DNA from: a virus
Length of the DNA: 64,000 nucleotides
Direction: 5' to 3' (one strand)
Virus record (IMG/VR): IMGVR_UViG_3300037423_002564
Part shown: positions 31,753 to 40,584 of the stretch, piece by piece
How the letters are laid out: each line of letters begins with the position of its first letter
Numbering within the stretch: position 1 is the stretch's first letter
Translations under genes and position numbers: made by a program
The notes under the pieces: model-generated
The model's input: the letters and a program-made list of their open reading frames with translations, nothing else
Database searches by the model: none
What the model was told of the DNA's origin: nothing

Positions 31753-32099
31753 TCGAGGGATCCAAGGCCAAGCTCAAGGCCCGCATCGCGGAGCTGGAGG
31801 ACGAGGCCGGCAAACGCAGCCAGTACATCAAGACCATCCTGCGCCAGCGGGACGAGGCCGACGAGCGCGTGCGCGTCCTGGAGCGCGAGTGCGGCGAGCT
31901 GGAGGCCCAGAACCACAGCCTCCAGGCCGACCGCAACATGACCCAGGACGAGCTGGACATGTACTACGAGCTGTTTGGCGCCTGCCGCAAGACCTGGTGG
32001 TGGAAGCTCTTCGCCGGCCCCATCGTGGAGCGCGTGCGGCTGGCGTATGCCGGTCGCTACGTCCAGAGTCCGTTGACCAGCCCTGACAAGCAGGGGTAA
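31749..32099 (+). CDS. Coiled-coil protein with TWWWKLF motif
   Basis: ATGA overlap with upstream gene; heptad pattern. Confidence 0.65.
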   Translation: MIEGSKAKLKARIAELEDEAGKRSQYIKTILRQRDEADERVRVLERECGELEAQNHSLQADRNMTQDELDMYYELFGACRKTWWWKLFAGPIVERVRLAYAGRYVQSPLTSPDKQG

Positions 32100-32102
32100 C
32101 AT
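32073..32102 (+). promoter_or_regulatory. Sigma70-like promoter
   Basis: TTGACC-18nt-TAACAT. Confidence 0.6.
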
Positions 32103-32108
32103 GCGGTC

Positions 32109-32340
32109 AAACCCCCGTCCGTTTCCGGCTCGGGGGGCTCGACAGCCGGGTGGTCGTCTCGCTGGGCCCAGCGAACGTGCCTGCCCGGGATCCGGTCCGG
32201 CATGCTGTCCCACGGGGCCGCGAACGACCGGCGGGCTGGCTCGGATCCTAACTCGTCAACCGGCCGGGCGACCACAGCCTTCTCGGAAGAAGGCGGAGCA
32301 CATCCCGGGGCAGTCCGACGAGGGCGCCTCGCGGCGGGTA
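32109..32340 (+). ncRNA. Candidate ~230-nt structured RNA or leader of unknown class
   Basis: Non-coding-like codon usage; nested stems 32150-32165/32260-32275 and 32187-32201/32235-32249; hairpin GCCTTCT-CGGA-AGAAGGC; 5'/3' closing stem. Confidence 0.5.
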
Positions 32341-32376
32341 CATCATATCACGACAGACAAGCGTAGGGAGGCCCCT

Positions 32377-32730
32377 GTGACAGCAACACCAGCCAAGAAA
32401 GATATAGCCCCACTAGACCCAAACGAGGCCGTGCGCCTCGCGTTGGCGCTTTTCAAGGACGCGGATGGACGCGCCAAGGAGCTGACCAAGAAGGTCGAGG
32501 GCCAAGAGGACATCATCAACCGCCTCACCAGCCAGTGCCAGACGCTGGAGGGCGAGCGCGCCAGCTTGGAAGGTGACATCGAGCTGAAGGACCTGGAGAT
32601 CCAGGATCTAAAGGACAAGATCACCAACCTCAACACGGAGCTGGCGGAGGCGCGTAAGCTCAAGGTGCCCGAGCTGGCCGACGACGTCCAGAAGGAGTTG
32701 GGCGCCGCTCTTTTGGCCTCCAGGCAGTAG
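32377..32730 (+). CDS. Coiled-coil protein upstream of RelE-like gene
   Basis: GGGAGG SD, GTG start; long heptad repeat. Confidence 0.75.
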   Translation: MTATPAKKDIAPLDPNEAVRLALALFKDADGRAKELTKKVEGQEDIINRLTSQCQTLEGERASLEGDIELKDLEIQDLKDKITNLNTELAEARKLKVPELADDVQKELGAALLASRQ

Positions 32731-32836
32731 GGACGAGCCACCTCCTACTGCCAACCTCCCATCGGCGATCTGCAAGACCATCCCGATCGCGCCCAAGCGG
32801 CAGGTCAACTCGGTCAAGGACATCGTCGACGAGGCC

Positions 32837-33232
32837 GTGGCCTTCAAGTCGTTCGTGGAGAAGCGCGTGCCGCGGCTCTGGCAGGCCGACGCCCACCAGG
32901 CGCTGACCGACCTCCAGGCCAAGCTGGGCTTCTCGCCCGTCGACGCCGGGCAGCTCATCAAGCAGCTCGTGCGTCGCGTGACCAAGGAGAAGCACCTGCG
33001 CGATCCGCAGGACCAGAAGATCGTGTTCAGCGCCCTCATCGAAATGTGGGTGGATCCGCATGGCACGGGCGAGATCATGCCGGCGGACTACGGCTACAAG
33101 CACATGTTCCGCAAGATCCGACGCGGCAAGCTGCGCATCCACTACCACGTGGTCGACCACAAGCCCATCATCCTGTGGATGGGCTACCGGAAGGACGCCT
33201 ACACAAAAGCGGCGGCCCGGTCGAGGAAGTAG
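32837..33232 (+). CDS. RelE/ParE-superfamily protein (start uncertain)
   Basis: C-terminal FRKIRRGKLRIHYHVVDHKPIILWMGYRKDAY resembles RelE YRLRxGDYRIIY...VGHRKDIY. Confidence 0.65.
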   Translation: MAFKSFVEKRVPRLWQADAHQALTDLQAKLGFSPVDAGQLIKQLVRRVTKEKHLRDPQDQKIVFSALIEMWVDPHGTGEIMPADYGYKHMFRKIRRGKLRIHYHVVDHKPIILWMGYRKDAYTKAAARSRK

Positions 33233-33264
33233 CACCGGGCCACCCCGTCCCCACCTCCTTGGAG

Positions 33265-33468
33265 GTGATCGAGCAGGGCCCGCTCCTCGACGGTCCCGCT
33301 CCCGACCCCAGCTTCGGCCAGGCCGAAGGCACCGGCCGGCGTCCGCGCTGCCGCAATTGCCAGGTTCGCGTTCCCCATGGTCCACTGCGCTGTGACGCCT
33401 GCGAGAAGTACTTCGAGCAGCACGGCAGCGAGCGGCCCCAGGTCCTGGTCAAGTTCTCCCGCAAGTAA
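33265..33468 (+). CDS. Small GATA-like zinc-finger protein (start uncertain)
   Basis: CRNC-x10-CDACEKYFEQHGSERP. Confidence 0.55.
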   Translation: MIEQGPLLDGPAPDPSFGQAEGTGRRPRCRNCQVRVPHGPLRCDACEKYFEQHGSERPQVLVKFSRK

Positions 33469-33473
33469 CCCTC

Positions 33474-33499
33474 GCCCCGGCCCGCGCCGGGGCTTTTTC
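33474..33499 (+). terminator. Intrinsic terminator
   Basis: GCCCCGG-cccgcg-CCGGGGC followed by TTTTT. Confidence 0.85.
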
Positions 33500-33511
33500 A
33501 TGGAGGTTCCC

Positions 33512-34309
33512 ATGTCAGACCACCCCCAGGTCGACGTCCGCTTCACGGGCGACGTGAAGGTCGTCTTCGTGATCGACCCGGCCACCCTGGGTGAAGGCGA
33601 GGGGCTGGCCGCCTACGCCGACGCGTTGAAGGACGCTCTCGCGGCCAACAAGCCCTCGCTGCACCTCATCGGGTATTGGACCAGCGGGATGGACCCCAAC
33701 GGCCCGCCGCGCTACCTGAAGCCCTTGGAGAACGACGCCTACGGCATCACCATCGGCGGAACCACCACCGTCGAGGTTGGCACGCCGCCGGAGCAGGTGC
33801 GCGAGCTGGCGGAGATGCACATCCTCGCGGCCCTGAAGTCGCTCTCGATGCTGCACGTCGTCGGCCGCTACACCGGCACGCCCAAGGCGGACGTCCGGCT
33901 CCAGGGCCAGAAGGAGCACGACCCCCACCGCGCCTGGTTCGGCTTCGACGAAGCCTTCACCGACCCCAGCCGGTGGTGTGCCGGCTTCGGCTACCACGAG
34001 ACCTGGAACGGGTGGGCCACGCCCTACTTCGAGCTGGAAGAGGCCAAGCGGGTGATGGCGATCCATAACCCGCCCACCCCGGAGGACGGTCCCAGCTTCA
34101 TGCGCTTCGACGAGGAGCGCCAGGTCTTCATCTACAACTTCGAGGGCGAGCCGGAGCAGACGATCGAGCCGCAGCCGTTGTTGCTGCCCGGCGAGAGCGA
34201 GAGCCGCACCGTCTACGAGTTCGGCCTGGGCATGTGCTGGAGCGAGGAGCCGTGGAACGAGGGCGTTCGCCCGGTCGCGAGCGCCGAATCGGCGCCAGCG
34301 GAGGGTTAG
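33512..34309 (+). CDS. Hypothetical phage protein with WNGWxxPxF domain
   Basis: GGAGG SD; TWNGWATPYFELEEAKRV. Confidence 0.7.
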   Translation: MSDHPQVDVRFTGDVKVVFVIDPATLGEGEGLAAYADALKDALAANKPSLHLIGYWTSGMDPNGPPRYLKPLENDAYGITIGGTTTVEVGTPPEQVRELAEMHILAALKSLSMLHVVGRYTGTPKADVRLQGQKEHDPHRAWFGFDEAFTDPSRWCAGFGYHETWNGWATPYFELEEAKRVMAIHNPPTPEDGPSFMRFDEERQVFIYNFEGEPEQTIEPQPLLLPGESESRTVYEFGLGMCWSEEPWNEGVRPVASAESAPAEG

Positions 34310-35914
34310 GCCATGGATAACACCTGGCTCGACACCCACACGGCCCGGGAGCTGTTCGAGAAGCTCCAGAGCGAGGGCTGGCTGCACCCCAAGGACGCGG
34401 CCCCCTTGAAGCGATTGGGCGCCTGGCTCGAATCGTTCGAGCAGCGCACGGAGGCGCTGCCGCCCCAGCACGAGTTGCGCGAGAAGGGCATCTCGACCTA
34501 CAACTGGCACATGGCTGTCATCCGCGATGCCAAGGCCGCGATGGAAGGCCGCGAGGTCCAGCCGCTGGGCACGGTCTACGTCACCAAGGCCAACCACCGC
34601 ACCGCGGACGAGGTCATGGGGCTGACGGAACCCTGCGGCTACTGCCGCGAGCCCCACAAGAAGGGCCAGACGTGCCCGCGCTGCGGCTACCCGGACGCCC
34701 ACGGCGACTGGGCCCGCGAGTGCGGTCGTTGCGGCCGTCACCCCAGCAACTGCGCCTGCGGAGTATAGAAAATGAACCAACATTCCCAAGTCGAAGCGGA
34801 CGCCATCCCCGGCGTCACAAGCCAACCTTGCCAGTGCTTCGGGTCGGTATGGGTGCCCACCGCGAAGGACTGCATCTGTACCGCCACGGAGCGCTTCATC
34901 CGGGCTCACTCCCACGACGCCAAGGGCGAGCTGCCGCCGCTCACGCCGGAGCAGCGGACCTGGATGCTGGACCAGATCGGCCAGGTCGAGGGCTACAACC
35001 GCGCCGACCACGAGGGCGAGACCGACCAGCAGCTCGCGAGCAGCGTGCTGTACGCCTGGCGGGACTACTGCCGCGACAAGGGCCTGCTGTAATGGACGAG
35101 GAGCGGAAGGAGGACCTCCTGGGCGCCACCTACTACACCTGGCGCAAGCGGGGTAAGAAGGACGTCCACGCGGTCGTAGGCAAGGGCACGCTCTGCACGG
35201 TCTCGGGCGTGGGCGAACGGATGGAGCAGACGCCGGTGACGTGCGCCATGTGCCTGCTGCACATCGAGGCGAACCAGATGACGATGGAGACGACATGCTG
35301 ATGTTCTTCTTGGGGTGGCTGGCCGGCGTCGTAACGGTTCCGGCCGTCATCGCGTTCATGCTCTGGTGGTGGGAAGAGGCGCCCTACATCTACAACCCGG
35401 AGGCGATCGGCTACCTCGGTCAGGACAGCCCGCCGCTATGATCGCGTGGCTTCGTGCCTGGTGGGCCGCTTGGGTCTACCGCAACCTGCGCACCATCTGC
35501 CTGGAGGACTACGGCGGCGAGGAGTGGCTCACCCAGGAGGAAGCCGACGCGCGCTGCGTGGCCGGCAACGTCCGCCGCATCGAGCCCACCTTGCCACCCC
35601 CTGAAAGCCTGGAGGCACCATGACCCACCATCGGTCCGACCAAACCACGGTGCTACCCACCCTGCGCGTCTTGAGCCTGGCGTTCGACCTGACGGTGCCG
35701 GAGGACATCGAGGAGAACGGGCAGCTCTTGGCCTACGCCGAAGACGACCTGGGCCCGCGGCGGCTACACGACGAGTTGCGCGAGCACCGGCGCGTCACCC
35801 TCACCTGGCTCGACGTGTGGTACGTCGAGCAGTCCCGCGGCAACCAGATGACCGGGACCTACCGCGCGCGCACGCCGGAGGGCGAGCGCTGGCTGGCCCG
35901 AGCGATGTGCGGGG

Positions 35915-36232
35915 CTACGCCGTCGGGCCAGACGGGTCTGGAGCCGGCGACGCGAGCTTCTTCTGGATGCGCGCCTTGAGCTTCTTGCTCACGGTGAAGC
36001 GCGGCATCGCGCGCGGCGGCTTGGTGTAGGGGGTCTTCTTCTTCGGGTGGACGAAGTGCTGCTCCGGGTAGCGCAGCACCTTGAAGCTCCCGAACCCCAT
36101 CAGCGTCACGCGCTCGTCACGCTCCATCGCATCGGCGATCACGATGATCGTCTCGTTCACGATCTTCAAGACGTCCTTCATGCCGATCCCGGTCCGGGTC
36201 GATACGATCTTGGCAATTTCCGTCTTGTCCAT
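35915..36232 (-). CDS. hup: HU/IHF-family histone-like DNA-binding protein
   Basis: MDKTEIAKIVS...ERVTLMGFGSFKV...HPKKK...PRFTVSKKLK. Confidence 0.9.
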   Translation of the reverse strand: MDKTEIAKIVSTRTGIGMKDVLKIVNETIIVIADAMERDERVTLMGFGSFKVLRYPEQHFVHPKKKTPYTKPPRAMPRFTVSKKLKARIQKKLASPAPDPSGPTA

Positions 36233-36238
36233 GACGGT

Positions 36239-36267
36239 ATTATCGCCGTTCGGTCAGACCCGGTCAA
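36239..36267 (-). promoter_or_regulatory. Sigma70-like promoter giving a leaderless HU mRNA
   Basis: TTGACC-17nt-GATAAT-6nt-ATG; GGTCTGACC palindrome in spacer. Confidence 0.7.
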
Positions 36268-36365
36268 GGTTCCCGGCCCCCTGATGGTTGTCTGCGCGTT
36301 ATGTTCGTTTAACAAAACTTAATCTGGTATGCCGAGGTTTATCAACAAATGCACACATATACATG

Positions 36366-36395
36366 TTGACCCGACATGGATAACAGTCGTAAGAT
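36366..36395 (+). promoter_or_regulatory. Sigma70-like promoter for AbrB-like gene
   Basis: TTGACC-18nt-TAAGAT in AT-rich divergent intergenic region. Confidence 0.6.
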
Positions 36396-36430
36396 AGAGC
36401 TTAAATCCCCCAATGCAAGGAGCTTCGCCC

Positions 36431-36856
36431 ATGAGCAACGATCAACAGCGCGGGGGTCCGGCCGGCCGGTCCCGCAGTCGTACCCGGTCCGAAGGGCCGG
36501 CCGCGGCCCCGGTTACGAACATTCCAGCCACAGAGTCCGCGGAGCCCGCGGTGGTGATGCACGCCGATCGCGCCGTAGTGCGCAACGGCCGCAGCCAGTC
36601 CATCACGATCCCGAACCACATCGCAGAGGCCATCGGCCTGGAAGTGGGCGAGACCGTGCGCATCTCCGTGCGTTCGGACGGCAGCCTGACCATCCAGGCG
36701 ATGGAGACCGTCCATACGGGCGGCATGACCATCCTGAAGCCCAAGAAGACCAGCTTCAAGCGCCCCATCGGCGTGGTGCCCATCATCCCCGAAGGCCGGA
36801 CCATCCGCAAGGCCAACCGCCTGCACGCGGACATGCCCCAGGCCAACCACGGCTAG
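36431..36856 (+). CDS. AbrB/MazE/SpoVT-family DNA-binding protein
   Basis: RAVVRNGRSQSITIPNHIAEAIGLEVGETVRISVRSDGSLTI. Confidence 0.85.
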   Translation: MSNDQQRGGPAGRSRSRTRSEGPAAAPVTNIPATESAEPAVVMHADRAVVRNGRSQSITIPNHIAEAIGLEVGETVRISVRSDGSLTIQAMETVHTGGMTILKPKKTSFKRPIGVVPIIPEGRTIRKANRLHADMPQANHG

Positions 36857-37617
36857 TAGATCGTCGGGCCCTCGCCCTCCTTGGGCTTGGGCGTGATGAA
36901 CTCCGCGGCCTTCCTGGGCGTGAGCGCGATCTTGAAGTTCTCCAGGAACGCGTCCGCGGTCTTGTCCAGCTCGTACTTGAGCATCAACTCTGCATACGCC
37001 CGGGTCTCTTTCGAGCAGTCCCGGGCGTGTCGCATGAGGCGGTCGAAGCGCTTGATGCGCTCCTCGGGGACGTTCTCCTGCACCAGGCTCTCCAGCTCGG
37101 GCTGCACGAACGTCATCATCATGTTGTGGTAGATCTTCAGGCCGTTCTCGATCGCCTCCTTCGGGGCGACGCGGGCGGCCGTTCCCTTGTCCGCGATGAA
37201 CGCCAGCTCCTCGGGGCTCATCTGCATGGCGTTGCGTAGCAGGACGGCCATGTCCTGGTCGAACGTCATGATGCGGTCGAGGTACATCAGCTTCTCGGTC
37301 GTGCCCGCGAACACGGTCACGTCGAAGAAGCAGTCCGCGTAGGTCTGGACCTCCTCGGGGAACGCCTTCAGGATCTCGGCCGTCTTGGCGACGTCGCCGG
37401 TGGCGAACAGCAGGATCTCGTAGCTGGCTCGCGCGGAGTCGCTCAAGAAGATGCTGTACGCCTTCTGGTAGAGCCGGGACTTGCTCTTGCCCTTGAGGAC
37501 GGCGAGCAGCTCGGTGGATTGCTTGTCGAGGGAGACGCGGAAGGAGAGGCCGTCGGGTTGGAAAGGAAGCCCTTGCCTCTGCGCGACCGACACCCAGCGG
37601 TGCCGCGGCGAGCGCAT
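36853..37617 (-). CDS. Hypothetical large-phage protein
   Basis: 254-aa ORF with typical codon bias; RSPRHRW, YADCFFDV. Confidence 0.7.
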   Translation of the reverse strand: MRSPRHRWVSVAQRQGLPFQPDGLSFRVSLDKQSTELLAVLKGKSKSRLYQKAYSIFLSDSARASYEILLFATGDVAKTAEILKAFPEEVQTYADCFFDVTVFAGTTEKLMYLDRIMTFDQDMAVLLRNAMQMSPEELAFIADKGTAARVAPKEAIENGLKIYHNMMMTFVQPELESLVQENVPEERIKRFDRLMRHARDCSKETRAYAELMLKYELDKTADAFLENFKIALTPRKAAEFITPKPKEGEGPTIY

Positions 37618-37623
37618 CGGGGA

Positions 37624-38391
37624 CTACTCCTTCTTCCGGGCGCCCTTGCCGGGTGCCTTCTTGCTCGCGGCGGGCTTCTTGGCCGTCTTTTTTTTAGCTT
37701 CCCGTGGAGCCTCCTCCCACGGTAGCGGCTCGTCCGGCGGCGGGGCGGCCGTGACCTTCTTGCCGCCCACGGTGATGCCGGTCACGCCGCCGTGATCGCG
37801 CTTGACGGCCGTGATGTCGTCGAGCGAGACGTCGCCCACCAGCATGAACTTCGGGATACCGGAGACGTCCACGCCGTGCTGGTTGAGCTTCTTCTCGTGG
37901 ATGATCTTGCCGGCGTCGCGGATGGCCTTGTCCACGCCCGTCACCTTCTTGGCGCGGGGCTTGGGCGGCGGGGCCTCGGGGATGACGATGTGCTCGTCGT
38001 CGCCCGAAAGCCCCTCGATGGCGTCGTCGATGTCTTCAGACCGCGGGGTTTGAACCCTGTCGCTCTCCTCTTCGACGTGCTTGTTCAGCTTGTCGAACAT
38101 CGAGCGGCTGGCGGGCCAGGGCGGCTGCCAGGGGCAGGTCGGGCTCTTGGTGTAGGTGACGTAGAGGTAGGCCGCATCGTCCTTGATGCGCATGGGCAGG
38201 TTGCCGTTCTCGTCGGGCCCGGCCTCGAAGTCCGGGCTGACGAAGCCGGTCACGATCTGGAGCTTGCGCTCCTTGATGGTGATGCCCTGGCCCACGAAGG
38301 ACAGGAAAGCGTTGTAGTCCGCCGCGTGCCGGGTGTTGAGCAGGTTGAACAGGCAGTACTCGACCTGCAAGGCGCGGCGGAGCAAGAACAT
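37624..38391 (-). CDS. Hypothetical protein with Lys/Ala-rich histone-H1-like tail
   Basis: C-terminus KKKTAKKPAASKKAPGKGARKKE. Confidence 0.7.
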   Translation of the reverse strand: MFLLRRALQVEYCLFNLLNTRHAADYNAFLSFVGQGITIKERKLQIVTGFVSPDFEAGPDENGNLPMRIKDDAAYLYVTYTKSPTCPWQPPWPASRSMFDKLNKHVEEESDRVQTPRSEDIDDAIEGLSGDDEHIVIPEAPPPKPRAKKVTGVDKAIRDAGKIIHEKKLNQHGVDVSGIPKFMLVGDVSLDDITAVKRDHGGVTGITVGGKKVTAAPPPDEPLPWEEAPREAKKKTAKKPAASKKAPGKGARKKE

Positions 38392-38394
38392 CGG

Positions 38395-40470
38395 CTACGC
38401 CGCCACGGCGATGCCCTTGAGCAGCATGTCGGCGTTCATGAGGGCCGCGCGCAGCTTGTCGGATTCCTCCAGGACCCGCTTCGCCTCGGCCTCCGTGATG
38501 AAGTCGACCTTGCCCAGGCGCGCGAGCAGAAGCACGCGACCCACCAGGTCGCACACGTCGTCCAGCTTGTCCGTGAGGCGGTTGTAGATGTCCGCCAGCT
38601 CGTCCGGCGCGAAGGTGCCCGTGGCGTAGCTGGTGAGGATGTCCGTGATCTCCTGCATGTTGGGGATGTCCGGCATCAGGGCCGCGCCCGTGTTGGCGAG
38701 GTTGGGCACCTGCGCCGGGAGCTGCGGCTGCTGCGCGCCGGCCGGCTGCTGACCGCCGGCGCCGGCGGGGCCGGGGCCGGAACCCGCGGGCGCCTTGTCC
38801 TCGCGGCCGGGCTTGACCTTCTCGGAGTCCGGGCCGTCCTTGGCCGCGGCCAGCTTGCGGGTGAAGTCCCACAGGAGGGCCGCCACCTTCATCACGGTCG
38901 GCCGGCCGCGCATCGGCGCGCGCCGCGGCTCCTCGATGGGGGTCGCGCGGAAGCAGGTGTCGATGTGGGCGTTGGCGCGGCCGACGTGCTCGATGGCCTG
39001 GTCGGCGGTCATGCCGTAACGGCGCATCAGGATGGCCGCGAGTTGCCCGCGGTTGAGGCCGTCGTAGGGCGCGTGGCCGTCCTCCTTGAGGCTGAACACG
39101 CCGCCGCCGCGGTACAGGCGCACCGTCACGGTCTTGTGGTCGCCGAAGTTGACCGGGATGCCGCGGCGCAGCAGGCTCGACGGCGCGAGGTCCTTGTCGG
39201 CCATGGCGAGAGGCGTGAAGCCGCGCTTGGGCATCGCCACCGCCTCGGTCTTCTTGCCGTTGGCGTCGGTGTGGGCGCCCATCGCGTAGCGGTGCTGGTT
39301 GGGGCCGAAGGACAGCCGGACGTGCTCGGCCTCGCCCAACAGCGGCGTGACCAGGATCTCCGCCGACCCGCCATGCTGACCGCCGCCCACCACCTGGTAG
39401 GGGATGCTGGCCTCGCCGCTGCCGTCCTCGATCATGAAGCCCAGCTCGTTCGGGCGCAGGTGCGCCACGCGGTAGTAGTCCTTCAGCTCCACCGTGGTCG
39501 GCGGCTCGCAGCTCTTGCCCCACAGCTCCTGGCTGAAGATGTAGCCGGTGGGGTGGACGGCCAGCCAGTACGTGCAAGGTCGCCCGTTGAGGTAGCTCGT
39601 GCGGAAGGCCCGCATCTTGAGCCCCTGGATGATGTACCAGCCGGGCTCCTTGACGGCCTGGCCGAAGTCGGGGAACTCGCGCAGCTCCTCGTGGTTCCAG
39701 ACGCCGGCGCGCTTCTCCGCGGGGCGCTGGTCGATCACCACCAGCTCGTCGGCCATCAGGTTGGCGACCTTCTCCGGCAAGCCCAGCTCGCGCAGCACGA
39801 TGGCGGCGTCGGGGGCGGAGAGCTGGCGGGCGGTCTTGGGGTCGCCCATGTGCATGTAGAGCACGCCCGTGCCGTTGGGCTCCAGCGTGAAGATGGCGTC
39901 GGGCGACGCCTTGGCTTCCTTCGCCAGCTCGACCAGGCGCTCGCGGTAGTAGTCCGCCACGTAGCGCAGGGTCTCGGGGTTGACCTCGGCCGCGGCCTTG
40001 AGCATCGCCTCGGCGCTCTCCACGGTGGCGCCGCCCATCTTGACCGGCTTGGTCTGGGTGAAGCGGCCCGGCACGTTGTTGCGGTTGCCGTTGAAGCCCT
40101 GCTCGTAGACGGGCTGCATGTCGAGCGCCACGTCTTCGTCCACGCCCGGCGGGAGCTGACCCTGGGAGCTGCCCATCGGGATGCCGCCGGCGGCCATGAT
40201 GGCCGAGCCCTCGTTCAGCGCCGTGAAGCGCTCCTCGCCGCCCTCGACCGTGATGATGAGGTCCAGGGGCGCCAGCTCGAAGCCCTTGACCGTGAACGGC
40301 ACGAAGCCGGTGCCGTTCATCAGGGGCACCACGCCGAAGCCGTCACCTTCCGGCGACGGGGGCTGGATCAGGTGCGCCATCTGGATGTAGGGCTCCAGCG
40401 CCGGGATCTTCTGCACCAGGGACTGGATCACGATGACGCCCCACTGGCTGGGGTCGGTGGGCAGGCGCAT
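38395..40470 (-). CDS. Large hypothetical protein, possibly virion-associated
   Basis: GGAGG SD before ATG 40470; strong codon bias on minus strand; divergent from baseplate-like gene. Confidence 0.75.
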   Translation of the reverse strand: MRLPTDPSQWGVIVIQSLVQKIPALEPYIQMAHLIQPPSPEGDGFGVVPLMNGTGFVPFTVKGFELAPLDLIITVEGGEERFTALNEGSAIMAAGGIPMGSSQGQLPPGVDEDVALDMQPVYEQGFNGNRNNVPGRFTQTKPVKMGGATVESAEAMLKAAAEVNPETLRYVADYYRERLVELAKEAKASPDAIFTLEPNGTGVLYMHMGDPKTARQLSAPDAAIVLRELGLPEKVANLMADELVVIDQRPAEKRAGVWNHEELREFPDFGQAVKEPGWYIIQGLKMRAFRTSYLNGRPCTYWLAVHPTGYIFSQELWGKSCEPPTTVELKDYYRVAHLRPNELGFMIEDGSGEASIPYQVVGGGQHGGSAEILVTPLLGEAEHVRLSFGPNQHRYAMGAHTDANGKKTEAVAMPKRGFTPLAMADKDLAPSSLLRRGIPVNFGDHKTVTVRLYRGGGVFSLKEDGHAPYDGLNRGQLAAILMRRYGMTADQAIEHVGRANAHIDTCFRATPIEEPRRAPMRGRPTVMKVAALLWDFTRKLAAAKDGPDSEKVKPGREDKAPAGSGPGPAGAGGQQPAGAQQPQLPAQVPNLANTGAALMPDIPNMQEITDILTSYATGTFAPDELADIYNRLTDKLDDVCDLVGRVLLLARLGKVDFITEAEAKRVLEESDKLRAALMNADMLLKGIAVAA

Positions 40471-40502
40471 GAGGACAACCTCCGAAGCTATTCTAGCATA
40501 AA

Positions 40503-40554
40503 GGTCGGTTGGTCTGACCAACTGACCGACACCCCTATTATAGGTATAATAGGG
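40503..40554. promoter_or_regulatory. Divergent promoter: palindrome with back-to-back TATAAT boxes plus 25-bp operator-like palindrome
   Basis: CCCTATTATA-GG-TATAATAGGG (40533-40554); GGTCGGTTGGTC-T-GACCAACTGACC (40503-40527). Confidence 0.75.
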
Positions 40555-40584
40555 TCAGCAACCGCGTTTGGAGGGGTCTGTCTC

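Noticed and set aside
32109-32340. Identification of the structured RNA as tRNA, tmRNA, SRP, 6S or RNase P RNA
   Set aside because: I could not find the hallmark sequences (T-loop GTTCRA with CCA end, SRP helix-8 motif, RNase P GAGGAAAGUCC). It is left unclassified.
36431-36856. AbrB-like gene as MazE antitoxin of a TA pair
   Set aside because: No co-oriented toxin follows; the next gene is convergent. A standalone regulator is more likely.
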